NCBI GenBank assembly: GCA_903884815.1
Contig: CAISGE010000058.1
Coordinates: 6,583 to 70,582 of the forward strand
Direction of reading: 5' to 3'
From: Candidatus Omnitrophota bacterium
GTDB lineage: Bacteria > Omnitrophota > Omnitrophia > Omnitrophales > Aquincolibacteriaceae
Length of the DNA: 64,000 nt
The notes below the pieces were generated by a model. The model had not been told where the DNA came from. It saw nothing but the letters and a program-made list of their open reading frames with translations, and searched no databases. The translations under genes were made by a program, and so were the position numbers. Positions 52,884-62,656 of the stretch are shown here, one piece after another. The first letter of the stretch is position 1. The number at the start of each line of letters is the position of its first letter.

Positions 52884-54360
52884 ATCTTGATTCTGGAGCC
52901 GTCGCTTCTTGTAACACCTTGAAGAATATACAAGTTGCGGCGGTTCCAAATCTTCCTTCCAAAAACGGCAATCCCGCAGGAAATAGAACCTTCTGAAACC
53001 GCTGTTTCTGATCCAGATTCATTTCCATCCAGATGCGAGCGGGGTTCGACGCAAGATATCGCGCGAAGTTAAACGCTCCTTCAACATCCAAGGCCTCTAA
53101 TTTTGCTTGGTGGGCCTCTCCCTCAGCGATTGCTATCTCCTCGGCCAGTTTATCCCTTTGCTCGTCATAAGTTGCCTTAGAGATGCGTTTTTCGTAAATA
53201 AACGCCTCTTCCAGCTTATCTTTACGCCCTCTTAGTTCGTCCACGCATCTTTGCATGGATTTGCTTTGTGCCGTAGCCGCAGCTTCCTGATCGTGCCATT
53301 TATCCAAGACAATGGCTTTTAAAAGATTCAAATACTCAGGTACGGGAATTAGCTGTTCAAGGTGGCTGATAAACTCCTTTTCCAACGCGCCTTTGCTTAC
53401 GTTTATGGCCTTGCATCGGCTGTTAGGACAACGGTAATAGGGGTATTTCTTGGTGCGTCCTTTTGACCAGCTTGCCGTCAAAGGCCGGGAGCATGTTCCA
53501 CATTGCACAAATTGACGAAGGGGGAAGTCGGGATGATTCCTCTGATAAGGGGTTATGGTGTGTTTTTTTCCAGCGAGAACATCTTGGACTTTGTAAAAAA
53601 GAGCTTTTTCGATGATTGGTTCGTAATGACCCTCTTCGGGTTGATCGGTGAGCTTGGTCTTCATAATTCCCGTATAAAGAGAATTTTTTAGTATGTCTTC
53701 AAAAGTTTGGAGGCTGATTTTGTTACCCTTGCGCGTTCGCAAGCCAAGGTCATGAATCATCCTGAGAACTTGAGGACGGGCATAAAGGGCTGTCGCATAA
53801 AGTTCAAATGCTTTTTTAATCAATGGGGCGCGTTCAGGGTCCGGGATGATGTTGCCCTGTCCTTTGGGGGCCTGATTTCGCAAATACCCTAAAGGTGCTT
53901 GAAAGGTCCATCGGCCATGTCCTAGGGCCGCTTTCATGCCCGTTTTCGTTCTCTCGGCCTTAACATCGTTATCGAACTGCGCGAAGGCAGCAAGCATGTT
54001 CTCTGTCAGCTTACCGGTAGAAGAATCCCCGGTTTGTTCAGTAGCCGAACGGAGTGAAATTCCAATGGTTTTTAAAAAGACCGACATAGCGGCATGATCG
54101 TAGCTGTTTCGTGCAAAGCGGCTTATTTGATAAACAACGAGGAACTGAATTTTCCCCTTGTTCTGTCGGCAATAAGTGAGCATTTTTTGAAATTCCGGTC
54201 GAGCGGTAGTTTTTGCAGACTCGCCTTCGTCTATGAAAATTTGGTCTGCTTCAATGCCATGGTGTTGGCAATATGCGAGACAGGCTTTTCGTTGGGTGGG
54301 AAGGCTTTCAGTAAGAACTTGTTCTTTTGTGCTTACTCGGCAATAAATGATAGCTCGCAT
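52843..54360 (-). CDS. Large serine recombinase (resolvase + recombinase + zinc-ribbon domains)
   Basis: YCRVST, DEGESA..RPEF..ML, SRFARN, APLGY, CGTC...YYRC...C. The C-terminus LASPRGFEPLLPG reads antisense through the tRNA. Confidence 0.95.
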   Translation of the reverse strand: MRAIIYCRVSTKEQVLTESLPTQRKACLAYCQHHGIEADQIFIDEGESAKTTARPEFQKMLTYCRQNKGKIQFLVVYQISRFARNSYDHAAMSVFLKTIGISLRSATEQTGDSSTGKLTENMLAAFAQFDNDVKAERTKTGMKAALGHGRWTFQAPLGYLRNQAPKGQGNIIPDPERAPLIKKAFELYATALYARPQVLRMIHDLGLRTRKGNKISLQTFEDILKNSLYTGIMKTKLTDQPEEGHYEPIIEKALFYKVQDVLAGKKHTITPYQRNHPDFPLRQFVQCGTCSRPLTASWSKGRTKKYPYYRCPNSRCKAINVSKGALEKEFISHLEQLIPVPEYLNLLKAIVLDKWHDQEAAATAQSKSMQRCVDELRGRKDKLEEAFIYEKRISKATYDEQRDKLAEEIAIAEGEAHQAKLEALDVEGAFNFARYLASNPARIWMEMNLDQKQRFQKVLFPAGLPFLEGRFGTAATCIFFKVLQEATAPESRLASPRGFEPLLPG

Positions 54361-54365
54361 CGTTT

Positions 54366-54641
54366 TTATTCCCTCTTGCGCGAATGGTGAAAAGCCTGAG
54401 CTTCTGCCTCGCTTCTTGGCAGCCCTGCATCGAACTCCATTATTGCAGCTCTTTCACTTTCCGCATTCGTTAATTTTTCGGTCTTCGTGGAAGCGGAAAC
54501 GGGCATAAAGCCTTTTTGACGATATATCGCGTTACTGATATCGGCAAGCCCATTGAGCTGATCGCGGAGCAATTCTAAATCCGAATCTGAAAGATTGCAA
54601 CTTGGGCCGACGATTTTACGGCATTGAGATACCGATAGCAT
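54366..54641 (-). CDS. Small phage/mobile-element protein with an ERAAIMEFDAGLPRSEAE motif
   Basis: Co-oriented 5 bp upstream of the recombinase; I recognise this motif from phage-associated proteins. Confidence 0.65.
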   Translation of the reverse strand: MLSVSQCRKIVGPSCNLSDSDLELLRDQLNGLADISNAIYRQKGFMPVSASTKTEKLTNAESERAAIMEFDAGLPRSEAEAQAFHHSRKRE

Positions 54642-54753
54642 AGCAGCCTCGACCTATGCGCATAGAAGCAGGGAGAGGGTGCTCGCGTCGGACCGCCTTG
54701 AGGTTGGCAAAATAAAACATCAAGTGATTCCCCCTAGCGCGTTTGCTGCCCGG

Positions 54754-54802
54754 AAATAAAAAACCCCGGAACAGATATGTTCAACCACATATCTATCCAG
54801 GG
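54754..54802 (-). terminator. Intrinsic terminator upstream of the small ORF-recombinase operon
   Basis: Minus strand: ccctggatagatatgt-ggttga-acatatctgttccgggg followed by a T-run (TTTTTTATTT). Confidence 0.7.
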
Positions 54803-55298
54803 CCACGCAAGGGGTAATCCCAAGTGAGGGTGTCCCAGAAAGGGCGTTTTAGATTCACTCCCGGGCCCTTGCCAAAGGGGTGTCCGAGGGGCTTTCCGCA
54901 CTGGGTACTTACCGACGATAAACCCAGCACTTAATTCCTACAATTTCAGAATATCATCATTTAGATTTTGGATGCAAGATATTTTTTAGCCGATTATTTT
55001 TAACCGATTATTCTAAGTTAATCCAGGTGGTTTTTTTGTTTTTGCAGAGTTAAACTGCGTAAGTGGTGACTGTGAAAATAGGAGGGGGTTATGGGGATAA
55101 AAGTGTTAAAAAATATTGCTCGTGAATATAAGTCAAAGCTAAGGCAAAGCAGGAGGGAAGCGATTCAAGCGCAGACTTCCCAGGGGAATAAAGTGACTTC
55201 TTCTCTCGTTGTTGAACTGAGAAAATCCGCCAGGGAATATAAGAAGAAACTACGAGGAATCTAAGGGGAAAAGATGATGAGCGGATTCAGAGAGAAAA

Positions 55299-55787
55299 AT
55301 GAAAGCTGATCTTCTGCCGGCGATTATGAAACAATTTCAACTTAGACAGGATTCCATCCACGGCATAGAGCATTGGAGGCGTGTTGGGGGACTGGGACTT
55401 ATGCTTGCGGAGAAAACGGGGGCGGATAGGAATGTCATCAGCCTGTTTGCGTATCTTCACGATTCTAAGCGTGAGAATGAATTTGTGGACCTAGAGCATG
55501 GTGCGAGAGCAGCCGAGTTCGTGACGGAACTTTATAAGACGGGGAAAATGTCTATTTCCGAAAAGCAGTTGGAACAGCTTACCTATGCCTGTCGTTATCA
55601 TAGCGATCTGAACGCCAAGTCAGACGATATTACGGTTATGACCTGTTGGGATGCCGATAGGCTCGATCTCTGGCGGGTTGGGGAAACCCCCGATCCGGCA
55701 CGGCTCAATACAGATGCCGCGAAAGTACCAGCCATGATCGAATATAGCGGGCAGATGACGAAAGATTTTTTAAAAGGCGATCGTTAA
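55299..55787 (+). CDS. HD-domain protein
   Basis: HGIEHWRRV, AYLHDSKR, EHG, YHS, CWDADRLD. Confidence 0.85.
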   Translation: MKADLLPAIMKQFQLRQDSIHGIEHWRRVGGLGLMLAEKTGADRNVISLFAYLHDSKRENEFVDLEHGARAAEFVTELYKTGKMSISEKQLEQLTYACRYHSDLNAKSDDITVMTCWDADRLDLWRVGETPDPARLNTDAAKVPAMIEYSGQMTKDFLKGDR

Positions 55788-55796
55788 AGGCGAGAA

Positions 55797-56018
55797 TTAA
55801 ATCTTTTCTGTTTCCCGAAGCAGTTGCGAGAGGGGCGTTTTTAAGGCTTTTGCAATTTTAGAACATACTTCTATTCCTGCCGCCACTTTTCCGGATTCAA
55901 TAGAGCTGACATAGGTCCGATGGATCTCCGCAAGCTCAGCAAATCTCTCCTGGGATAGACCAAGTTTCTGCCTTCTTCGTCTCACCACCACTCCAAAATG
56001 CCGCTTGATGTCCGTCAT
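55797..56018 (-). CDS. XRE-family HTH regulator, restriction-modification controller (C-protein)-like
   Basis: LSQE.FAE.A.IHRTYVSSIESG. Confidence 0.85.
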   Translation of the reverse strand: MTDIKRHFGVVVRRRRQKLGLSQERFAELAEIHRTYVSSIESGKVAAGIEVCSKIAKALKTPLSQLLRETEKI

Positions 56019-56053
56019 CCATACCCTCGCTTTTGTAAGGGTATGGTGCTATC

Positions 56054-56088
56054 ATGCAGACGATATATCTACAGACGATAGTCTACAA
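56054..56088 (-). promoter_or_regulatory. C-box-like double operator
   Basis: Minus strand TTGTAGACTATCGTCTGTAGATATATCGTCTGCAT: two TATCGTC half-sites 15 bp apart with a central GT, ~35 bp upstream of the C-like gene. Confidence 0.7.
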
Positions 56089-56105
56089 ATAAATAAAGGA
56101 TACTT

Positions 56106-56969
56106 ATGGGAACGGTTATCTCATTAGTCGCGTTATTTTTTCTCATCGTAATGTTTCTTCCCCATCTCTCCCGTAAAGCGAATCCAAAGTTGAGGATTAT
56201 TCTCATAGTTATAATCATGATGTGGGCTACGTTTTGGATCGACAATCAAAATCAGTTGCCTTTTAGAGATCCTTTTGTGGTGGGGAAGGAATTTGTTTGC
56301 GGCTTAATCATTCAAGATAAAACAGCGATGGAAGCCGTCTCGTCAAATAAGGAATTGAACCGAAAAGTTGCGGCGTTAATTCCGAACGATTATAACAATC
56401 TTCGTGACGAGATAATAAAAGGTTCTGGAAGTGATGTTTTTCGCGAAGTTTCCAGAATGGATTATCTAGAGCCTCGTGATCGTTCCGGCCGTCTCGAACT
56501 CATTTCGTTTGCTAAATACGCCCAGTTTGATGATTCCCGGTGGGAAACGCCGTTCATTATTTGCACGTACGCTTACGGCGTAAACGAAGATGATAACAAC
56601 CGTTTCTTTTATTACACATTGCTCTTGCGATCAATATACTCACCTACTCTTTGGGAGAAATCCAGGCAATGGATTCATAAAATTCCTTTTATTGGAGATA
56701 GGCTTTGTGCGTATCCAGATAGCAAGCCCAAATGGATCGTAGAAGGCTTTTACACAAAAGATAACTATATGGCGTTTGCTCTAGATCAAATCAAAACAAT
56801 TGACGAGATCACTAATCTGCCTGACAAGCAAAAAAACGGATACTTTGAAAAAGTTTCTAAGCTCGCTTCCATCGATTTAAGCAGCATAATGAAATTCTCC
56901 GGAGTGGAACTTTTAGAGAAGCAAAATCAAGAAGCGAGGGAAATATCAACAACGGTGAATCAAAATTAA
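56106..56969 (+). CDS. Hypothetical protein with two N-terminal TM helices
   Basis: ORF with AAGGA RBS and a hydrophobic N-terminus. Confidence 0.7.
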   Translation: MGTVISLVALFFLIVMFLPHLSRKANPKLRIILIVIIMMWATFWIDNQNQLPFRDPFVVGKEFVCGLIIQDKTAMEAVSSNKELNRKVAALIPNDYNNLRDEIIKGSGSDVFREVSRMDYLEPRDRSGRLELISFAKYAQFDDSRWETPFIICTYAYGVNEDDNNRFFYYTLLLRSIYSPTLWEKSRQWIHKIPFIGDRLCAYPDSKPKWIVEGFYTKDNYMAFALDQIKTIDEITNLPDKQKNGYFEKVSKLASIDLSSIMKFSGVELLEKQNQEAREISTTVNQN

Positions 56970-57151
56970 ACCATCTGCAGCTCAAAAGTATCTGTGGAGC
57001 AATTAAAACAATCCGTGGAGTTTTAACGGTTTTATGATACCGTCCATTTCTGGCGGGGAAAATAATTTCCGCAATGAGTTTACCGTTTCAACAGGAGCAT
57101 AACAAATGCTTGGCCCAATGCTAAACGTGTAATCTTTAAAGAGAAAAGACC

Positions 57152-58279
57152 ATGAAGAAAAAATGCGCCGTATTATTTTTGATACTTCTGCTTCCGTTGA
57201 ATGCCTATGCTGAAGACAAAGAAATCGTTACCCGAACTGGGCAGTCCACAGGTTTATATGTTCATGAAAATAATCCGATACAGCAATATCAAAGCACAAT
57301 GAGGATGACGAATCAAACGCCGGGAGTTAGCGTGGACCCGTATATGGCAAGTACTGGTGGGCGAAATCTTCAAACGATCGGAAGTGGTATGCAAAATTCT
57401 TTTTTCCAATTATCAAATAAGTTGGCCGCCAGAGATCTTGCTGCGGCCGCAAGTGACTTTCAGCTGCGATTAAGCAATATCCAAACTAGTGCTACGCTAG
57501 ACAAGGATTGTTCCGAATTGGCTTTGATCAAATATCAGGGGGAGATTGAACGGGCTGTTTCCGACTCTTCTCGCCTTGTTGGTCGCTCGGGGGATAGAAG
57601 GCGGTTTACAAATCAAGCAAAGACAAACGCAACGATTTTAAGAAACGAAATACTCATCGAATTTTCTCGAAAAAGAAAAGACGCGGGGCTGCCAGAATTT
57701 GATAGTTCGTTCATAGAAAAAGTTATTGCTGGAACGGTAACTAATCCTGGTAATTCTTCCGTCCCGTTTGAAGGAGAAGTGTATTTCAAAAAAGGTGAAG
57801 TTGATAAAGCTCTCTCTTATTGCAACAAGGCCATTGAAACAAACAAGGAAGATGCGCGAGCTTACTCTCTGCGAGGATTTATCTATCTTACTAAAGGCGA
57901 TTTAGATGGGGCCATGTCTGACAGCAGCAAGGCCATATCAATAAATCCTATATTCTCGGGAGGCTATAATACGCGAGGGGCGGCCTATTTTGAGAAGGGG
58001 GTTTTCGACAAAGCGATTTCGGATTACAAGACAGCTATAGAGCTCGATCCTTTGGCTACTATTGTTTACTGCAACCGAGGATTAGCTTATTACCGCTTAG
58101 GACAGTATGAGGAAGCACTTGATGATTATATGGTTTTTTATGTTACCGGAAAATTGTCCAAGGAAGATTGCCGTGGAGCTTATGATGACTTTGTGAAATA
58201 TGCTCCAAACAAGGCTCCGACAGACACAATGGATATAAGAAGTCAAATACTTGGACTTTTAAAAGAAAAGATGGGATGA
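57152..58279 (+). CDS. Secreted TPR-repeat protein
   Basis: Signal peptide (NAYA|E); repeats AYSLRG..Y, YNTRG..Y..KG..DKAISDY..AI, YCNRGLAY. Confidence 0.85.
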   Translation: MKKKCAVLFLILLLPLNAYAEDKEIVTRTGQSTGLYVHENNPIQQYQSTMRMTNQTPGVSVDPYMASTGGRNLQTIGSGMQNSFFQLSNKLAARDLAAAASDFQLRLSNIQTSATLDKDCSELALIKYQGEIERAVSDSSRLVGRSGDRRRFTNQAKTNATILRNEILIEFSRKRKDAGLPEFDSSFIEKVIAGTVTNPGNSSVPFEGEVYFKKGEVDKALSYCNKAIETNKEDARAYSLRGFIYLTKGDLDGAMSDSSKAISINPIFSGGYNTRGAAYFEKGVFDKAISDYKTAIELDPLATIVYCNRGLAYYRLGQYEEALDDYMVFYVTGKLSKEDCRGAYDDFVKYAPNKAPTDTMDIRSQILGLLKEKMG

Positions 58280-58310
58280 CGCGGCAGAGAAAAACAGAAA
58301 GGGTTAAACC

Positions 58311-58529
58311 GTGAAAATTATGCACCGTTCTATCCTTATAGGGCTTGTCGTAGTCGCGATGTTTTTTTCTTGGAAAATGGAAAACGTAAGAGCTGGGTGG
58401 AGTGATGAGTCAGAGCGAGCGTATCAAACGCAGGAAGTAACGAGTGCAATTCGAGATCAAACAATGCAACAGCTTAATATCGCCAACGACCAGGCCGTCC
58501 AAGAAAGATTAGAGCAAAACCGAAGATGA
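58311..58529 (+). CDS. Small putative secreted protein
   Basis: Hydrophobic N-terminus with VRA|G; GTG start. Confidence 0.5.
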   Translation: MKIMHRSILIGLVVVAMFFSWKMENVRAGWSDESERAYQTQEVTSAIRDQTMQQLNIANDQAVQERLEQNRR

Positions 58530-58671
58530 TATTGAAAAGAAAACAGAGAGGATAAAGGATCAAAGTGTTTGATGGTCCTGCTGGATGCGCGGGCTAACGC
58601 CACAGCGTGTGGAGATGCTGATAATGGGCGGAAAACGTAGCTGCCTTATTTTGGTTTACTGAAAAAGGAGG

Positions 58672-58878
58672 ATGAGAATAAAAAAGTTTTTTTCAGTGCT
58701 GCTAATGCTTGTTCTTTTTACCACCCCGGCTTTTGCATATCATGATTTCGAGACCGTTAGTGATGCCCAGGATCGGCACCAAGCGGAGCATTACGAGCAG
58801 AGACAAGCGAACGGTGGCAATGAACCTTTGGGTGGATATTCCGATAAGCTCGGCGATTCGTCTGGTCGCAGCAATTAA
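58672..58878 (+). CDS. Small secreted peptide, copy 1 (YHDFETVSDAQDRHQAE...)
   Basis: AGGAGG RBS, signal peptide AFA|Y, paralog at 60492. Confidence 0.85.
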   Translation: MRIKKFFSVLLMLVLFTTPAFAYHDFETVSDAQDRHQAEHYEQRQANGGNEPLGGYSDKLGDSSGRSN

Positions 58879-58922
58879 AATATGATGGATGTTGTCAGAC
58901 AATCTACGAATAAGAGGTATCG

Positions 58923-59396
58923 ATGTCGCAATCGCAAAGCAAGCCGCTACGAACTAACTACTTAAAGCGATTATGGCTGACAATGTCTTGGAACGTTGTG
59001 TGGTATGCCGTTTATGCTTTATGGATATTATTTCATTATGTAATTCCTACTGCGATTAGTGTATTTCATAATTTGGGATGGATTTATAAATACTCCACAT
59101 GGGAAATCTTTATTTCTCCCGCGGCGTATATTTTTCTTTCTTTATCTATCGGTTCAATTTTCTTTCCAATCCAATGTCTTTTTCTAATACCAGGTTATTT
59201 TGATAAAACAGTCGAACAACTATTTCGCAGAAGATATTTATGGACGCTACTCACATTCATTGGCTTGCCTGTGGCAATGGCGGTCATCGGGTTTATTCTT
59301 TGGGGATCTTGTCCGTTAGATGTCGACAAAGATTCTTTTATCCATCTTAGATTCATCCCATTTTTCCCCTGGCCAAGTGAGCCTTTCTTTACATGA
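58923..59396 (+). CDS. Hypothetical membrane protein (3 TM)
   Basis: GAGG RBS and hydrophobic segments. Confidence 0.7.
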   Translation: MSQSQSKPLRTNYLKRLWLTMSWNVVWYAVYALWILFHYVIPTAISVFHNLGWIYKYSTWEIFISPAAYIFLSLSIGSIFFPIQCLFLIPGYFDKTVEQLFRRRYLWTLLTFIGLPVAMAVIGFILWGSCPLDVDKDSFIHLRFIPFFPWPSEPFFT

Positions 59397-59405
59397 TGTG
59401 ATTTT

Positions 59406-59798
59406 ATGCATGACGAGATAATGCAGGAAAAATGGCCGGAGTTTGAAAAACAATTTAAGCAATATGCGGAGTTTGGACCATTTTTAGCAAAGGTTGGCTA
59501 TTCCGAAACGATGGCTGAGGCGCGTAAACGCTTGCGGAAGATCGTTAGGGAATCCCGCGGCAAAAACTTTGCCGAAGAATCGAAGCGGTTAGTTTTTAGG
59601 GAGTTTGCCATATTCCTCCTTATGCTTTACCGCATCCAAGTGACCCACAAGGAAGCATGTGAGTGTTCGGTATGCTTCAATTTTCGTCGTCTGTTCAGTC
59701 TCTTTTTCAGGAAATCCAAGCGAGGACTCAGTTTTTTCTTCGATACGGGTAAGCACTTTGACGGAGACGTTGGCTTTCGTTTAACAGATGTTGTATAA
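59406..59798 (+). CDS. Hypothetical protein (H..ACECSVC, possible Zn site)
   Basis: ORF within a co-oriented run; Cys cluster. Confidence 0.55.
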   Translation: MHDEIMQEKWPEFEKQFKQYAEFGPFLAKVGYSETMAEARKRLRKIVRESRGKNFAEESKRLVFREFAIFLLMLYRIQVTHKEACECSVCFNFRRLFSLFFRKSKRGLSFFFDTGKHFDGDVGFRLTDVV

Positions 59799-59837
59799 GC
59801 TGTTGGAATAGCCCATAGAGAGAGCGATAAAAAATGA

Positions 59838-60386
59838 TTGCGGAAAAGCATTATGTGGACGCCCGTTAGGCTATCGATTTTGATCCTTTTCATATTTTCT
59901 GCGGCCAACGTAGGGTTTGCAGACGAGGATGCTAAATCAAAAGCTGTTGCAAAAAATGTTGCAACCGATATTGAGAGGCAAATCGATGAGATGACCCAAA
60001 GAGGGAACGAGAGAAAAATGTACTATCATAAAAAAATTCAGGAGTCTTTAGAAAATTCTGCAAAAGAGATCTCGATGCCGGGATGGCGTCGTCAATGGAT
60101 GTTAGAAAATGAAGCAAGAGATCAGCAGGAGTACGCCAAAATTGATGCAATCTCTGAACAAAAAATCAAAGATGGGAAAAAACAAATATTGGATCTTCCC
60201 GAAGACGTTTGGCGCAAAGAATACATCTCGGCTACCGAAGACGCAAAGGGGGGAGTCATTCTTTTTTATGAAACTATTTTGGACGGCCTAGTCCAAGATG
60301 GTTATATAACAACGACGGAATCTGCGGATAGAAAAAGTAGAGCCGCTAGGGAATGGCCGGAAGCTCGTGCGGCGTATGGGCGATAA
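59838..60386 (+). CDS. Hypothetical secreted protein (start codon uncertain)
   Basis: Signal peptide ..VGFA|D and a helical mature region. Confidence 0.65.
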   Translation: MRKSIMWTPVRLSILILFIFSAANVGFADEDAKSKAVAKNVATDIERQIDEMTQRGNERKMYYHKKIQESLENSAKEISMPGWRRQWMLENEARDQQEYAKIDAISEQKIKDGKKQILDLPEDVWRKEYISATEDAKGGVILFYETILDGLVQDGYITTTESADRKSRAAREWPEARAAYGR

Positions 60387-60491
60387 TATTTCTGGTGATC
60401 TTGCGCAAGAGAGTCAAACTATCCCAAAAGATTTATTTAAAGGCTCTTTTCTGAGTGCTGATGAAGTGAGTTTGAAAACAAGGAGGACATT

Positions 60492-60692
60492 ATGAAAAAG
60501 GTTCTATTTGTAGTAGTTGCTATGTTGGTTATATCAACCCCAGTTTTTGCATATCACGATTTCGAGACCGTTAGTGATGCCCAGGATCGGCACCAAGCGG
60601 AGCAATATGAGCAGAGGCAAGCGAACGGTGGGAATGAGCCTTTAGGTGGATATTCCGATAGGCTCGGCGATTCGTCTGGTCGTACCAATTAA
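60492..60692 (+). CDS. Small secreted peptide, copy 2
   Basis: AGGAGG RBS, VFA|Y, mature part nearly identical to 58672-58878. Confidence 0.85.
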   Translation: MKKVLFVVVAMLVISTPVFAYHDFETVSDAQDRHQAEQYEQRQANGGNEPLGGYSDRLGDSSGRTN

Positions 60693-60717
60693 AAGTTAGC
60701 TGAAATTATTTCAGCCA

Positions 60718-61116
60718 ATGACGAAAGACAAGCCTAATATCCTTATTGATGCCGAATGGGATGGTCTCGGAGAATATTTGTCCGAATTTCTAACGGATAA
60801 TGATTTTAAAGTAACTGTGATAGAGGCGAATTTTGACAGCGAAAAAATTATTTCAGAATTATCCAGAGGAACCTATGCCGTAGTCATATTGACCGAGAAT
60901 TGTTCCCCGTCTAAGCGATGGCCAGATGCAGCAAAACAACTTTTAGATGCAGTGTCGGAAGTTAAGAGGAAATGCCCGAAGGTTTATTGTGTGGTTATGG
61001 GTGGGCAACATGATATAGATTTCGTGATCGGACTTGAAAGGCGAGGGATTGACGATTTTTTTCCATTGCCATTCAAAACCGAATATCTTCTCAGTCGGAT
61101 CGAAAAAGCCATTTAA
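60718..61116 (+). CDS. Atypical single-domain receiver (CheY-like) protein
   Basis: NILIDAE, YAVVILTEN (no canonical phospho-Asp), GIDDFFPLPF (KP replaced by LP). Confidence 0.6.
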   Translation: MTKDKPNILIDAEWDGLGEYLSEFLTDNDFKVTVIEANFDSEKIISELSRGTYAVVILTENCSPSKRWPDAAKQLLDAVSEVKRKCPKVYCVVMGGQHDIDFVIGLERRGIDDFFPLPFKTEYLLSRIEKAI

Positions 61117-61134
61117 TTACTCGGAGAGAGAAAA

Positions 61135-61449
61135 ATGAAACCGGTGAAGCTCCAGTTCCTACAAGAAGCGGGGCTGTACGAAGTACCGGACGACCTCCTG
61201 GAAAAGTATTGCCAGGACAACAATCTGGAGGAGGGGGAAGTGTACGAGTTCCTTCCGAACCCCGAGACCGGCCTACCGATGATTTTGGGGAATCGCCCGA
61301 GCCCATCGTTCCACAAGAAGTTAGACCAACTCCTGCAAGAAGCGACGTCCCTCGAGGAACTAAGAGCGATAAAAGACTCGCAGGAAAGGACTCTCGAAGG
61401 ATTGGAAGTTCTGCTGTCTCTAAGGTCGGATATACTAGCGATGGCATAA
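61135..61449 (+). CDS. Hypothetical protein
   Basis: ORF with GGAGAG upstream; converges on 61467-61994. Confidence 0.55.
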   Translation: MKPVKLQFLQEAGLYEVPDDLLEKYCQDNNLEEGEVYEFLPNPETGLPMILGNRPSPSFHKKLDQLLQEATSLEELRAIKDSQERTLEGLEVLLSLRSDILAMA

Positions 61450-61466
61450 TTGCATTATCGCAAACT

Positions 61467-61994
61467 CTAGTTGCTCTGTCCGGCTAATTCTCTTTCCCTT
61501 TCTTCCATAGCTCTGAAAACCCTAAGAAACGAGATTTCCTCGCCGATTGATTTCCCAAAGACTTTCTGAAACATTTCGTCGATTTTGTGAGCAGCTGTTT
61601 TGAACCCCATCCCACGGATAAAGTCTTTAAATGATACCTCGTTTGAAGCACCTGCCAGGTCCAATAAGAATTGGTTTGCCTTTAAAGAGGCACTTTCATT
61701 CTTGGCTTTTTGGGAGAGGATGATAATTCGATCAATTGCATATTGGGCTTCCTCCCGGGCTCGATTTAATGCTCCCGTGATTTTGTTTTGAGCTTCTTGC
61801 TGCTGAATTGCGGCAAAGTCCCTGTAGGCAGATTCCAATCTTCCGCCCTCCATAAACAAGTTTCTAACATAAGCTTCACTATATCCGGTAGCATCAGCGA
61901 TGTCTTTGGAAGTTTTACCCAAATATCGCATTTCAATAGCTTGGCGTCTTTTTTCATTCAAGGTCTTTGGTTTAGATGTTGTCTTTTGTTGCAA
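61467..61994 (-). CDS. HTH protein, phage terminase-small/phBC6A51-like
   Basis: LNEKRRQAIEMRYLGKTSKDIADATGYSEAYVR HTH; C-terminal A.LKA..FLLDLAG. Confidence 0.55.
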   Translation of the reverse strand: MQQKTTSKPKTLNEKRRQAIEMRYLGKTSKDIADATGYSEAYVRNLFMEGGRLESAYRDFAAIQQQEAQNKITGALNRAREEAQYAIDRIIILSQKAKNESASLKANQFLLDLAGASNEVSFKDFIRGMGFKTAAHKIDEMFQKVFGKSIGEEISFLRVFRAMEERERELAGQSN

Positions 61995-62017
61995 TTTGTC
62001 ACTTCCTCGGATTCAGG

Positions 62018-62359
62018 TCATCCGACGTCAAAATGCAAAGGTTTGCCGTCGATTATTATTGGCCCCATCTGGGTGTAGGTAGGTTCGCTTTGGACTACTT
62101 TCTGTGTCACTTTGCCGTCTACCCGATCTAAAATCTCTTTGATCGCTGAAACCTCGCCATTCAGGCCGCTCCAAACCAATCGCAATATAAGAGCTTTTTT
62201 CCCCGGCATCGTTAACTTCAATCCCGACTCGGGATCGCTAATACTAAAGTCTCCTTCCAAGACCTTTCTGAGGAGGGGGCCAAGATAAGGACCTTTTTGA
62301 GTATGGTCTTTACGATTCACTGGAAAGCGTGTTCTTTTCGGCGGTGCCGGCGTTGGCAT
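62018..62359 (-). CDS. Phage terminase-small/DUF5681-like protein
   Basis: TRF...; AL..RLV..GL.G.V.AIKEILDRVDGKVTQ; GAGGGGG RBS. Confidence 0.55.
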   Translation of the reverse strand: MPTPAPPKRTRFPVNRKDHTQKGPYLGPLLRKVLEGDFSISDPESGLKLTMPGKKALILRLVWSGLNGEVSAIKEILDRVDGKVTQKVVQSEPTYTQMGPIIIDGKPLHFDVG

Positions 62360-62656
62360 ATTCCCCCCTCAAATCAGCCTCAAATCTATTTCGTTTCGTT
62401 TTAAAACGTCTTTTAAAGCCCAAAGGCTTCATAATGGTCGTTACTAGCCCATGAGCCAGACACTCCTTGCTCCATGAACTCTAAGACCCTCGCACCCACA
62501 TTTCATGATTCTAATACCGTTGGGGAGTATATTTCATAGACGAAAAGCCGCTTTTGGGTAGAATACAGCCCGTTATACATTGCAAGCGTCCCTTAGAAGC
62601 TCGACTTCGCGCAACCATTGATATAATTGGTTCCAATCATTTTGGCTTAGGGACGC

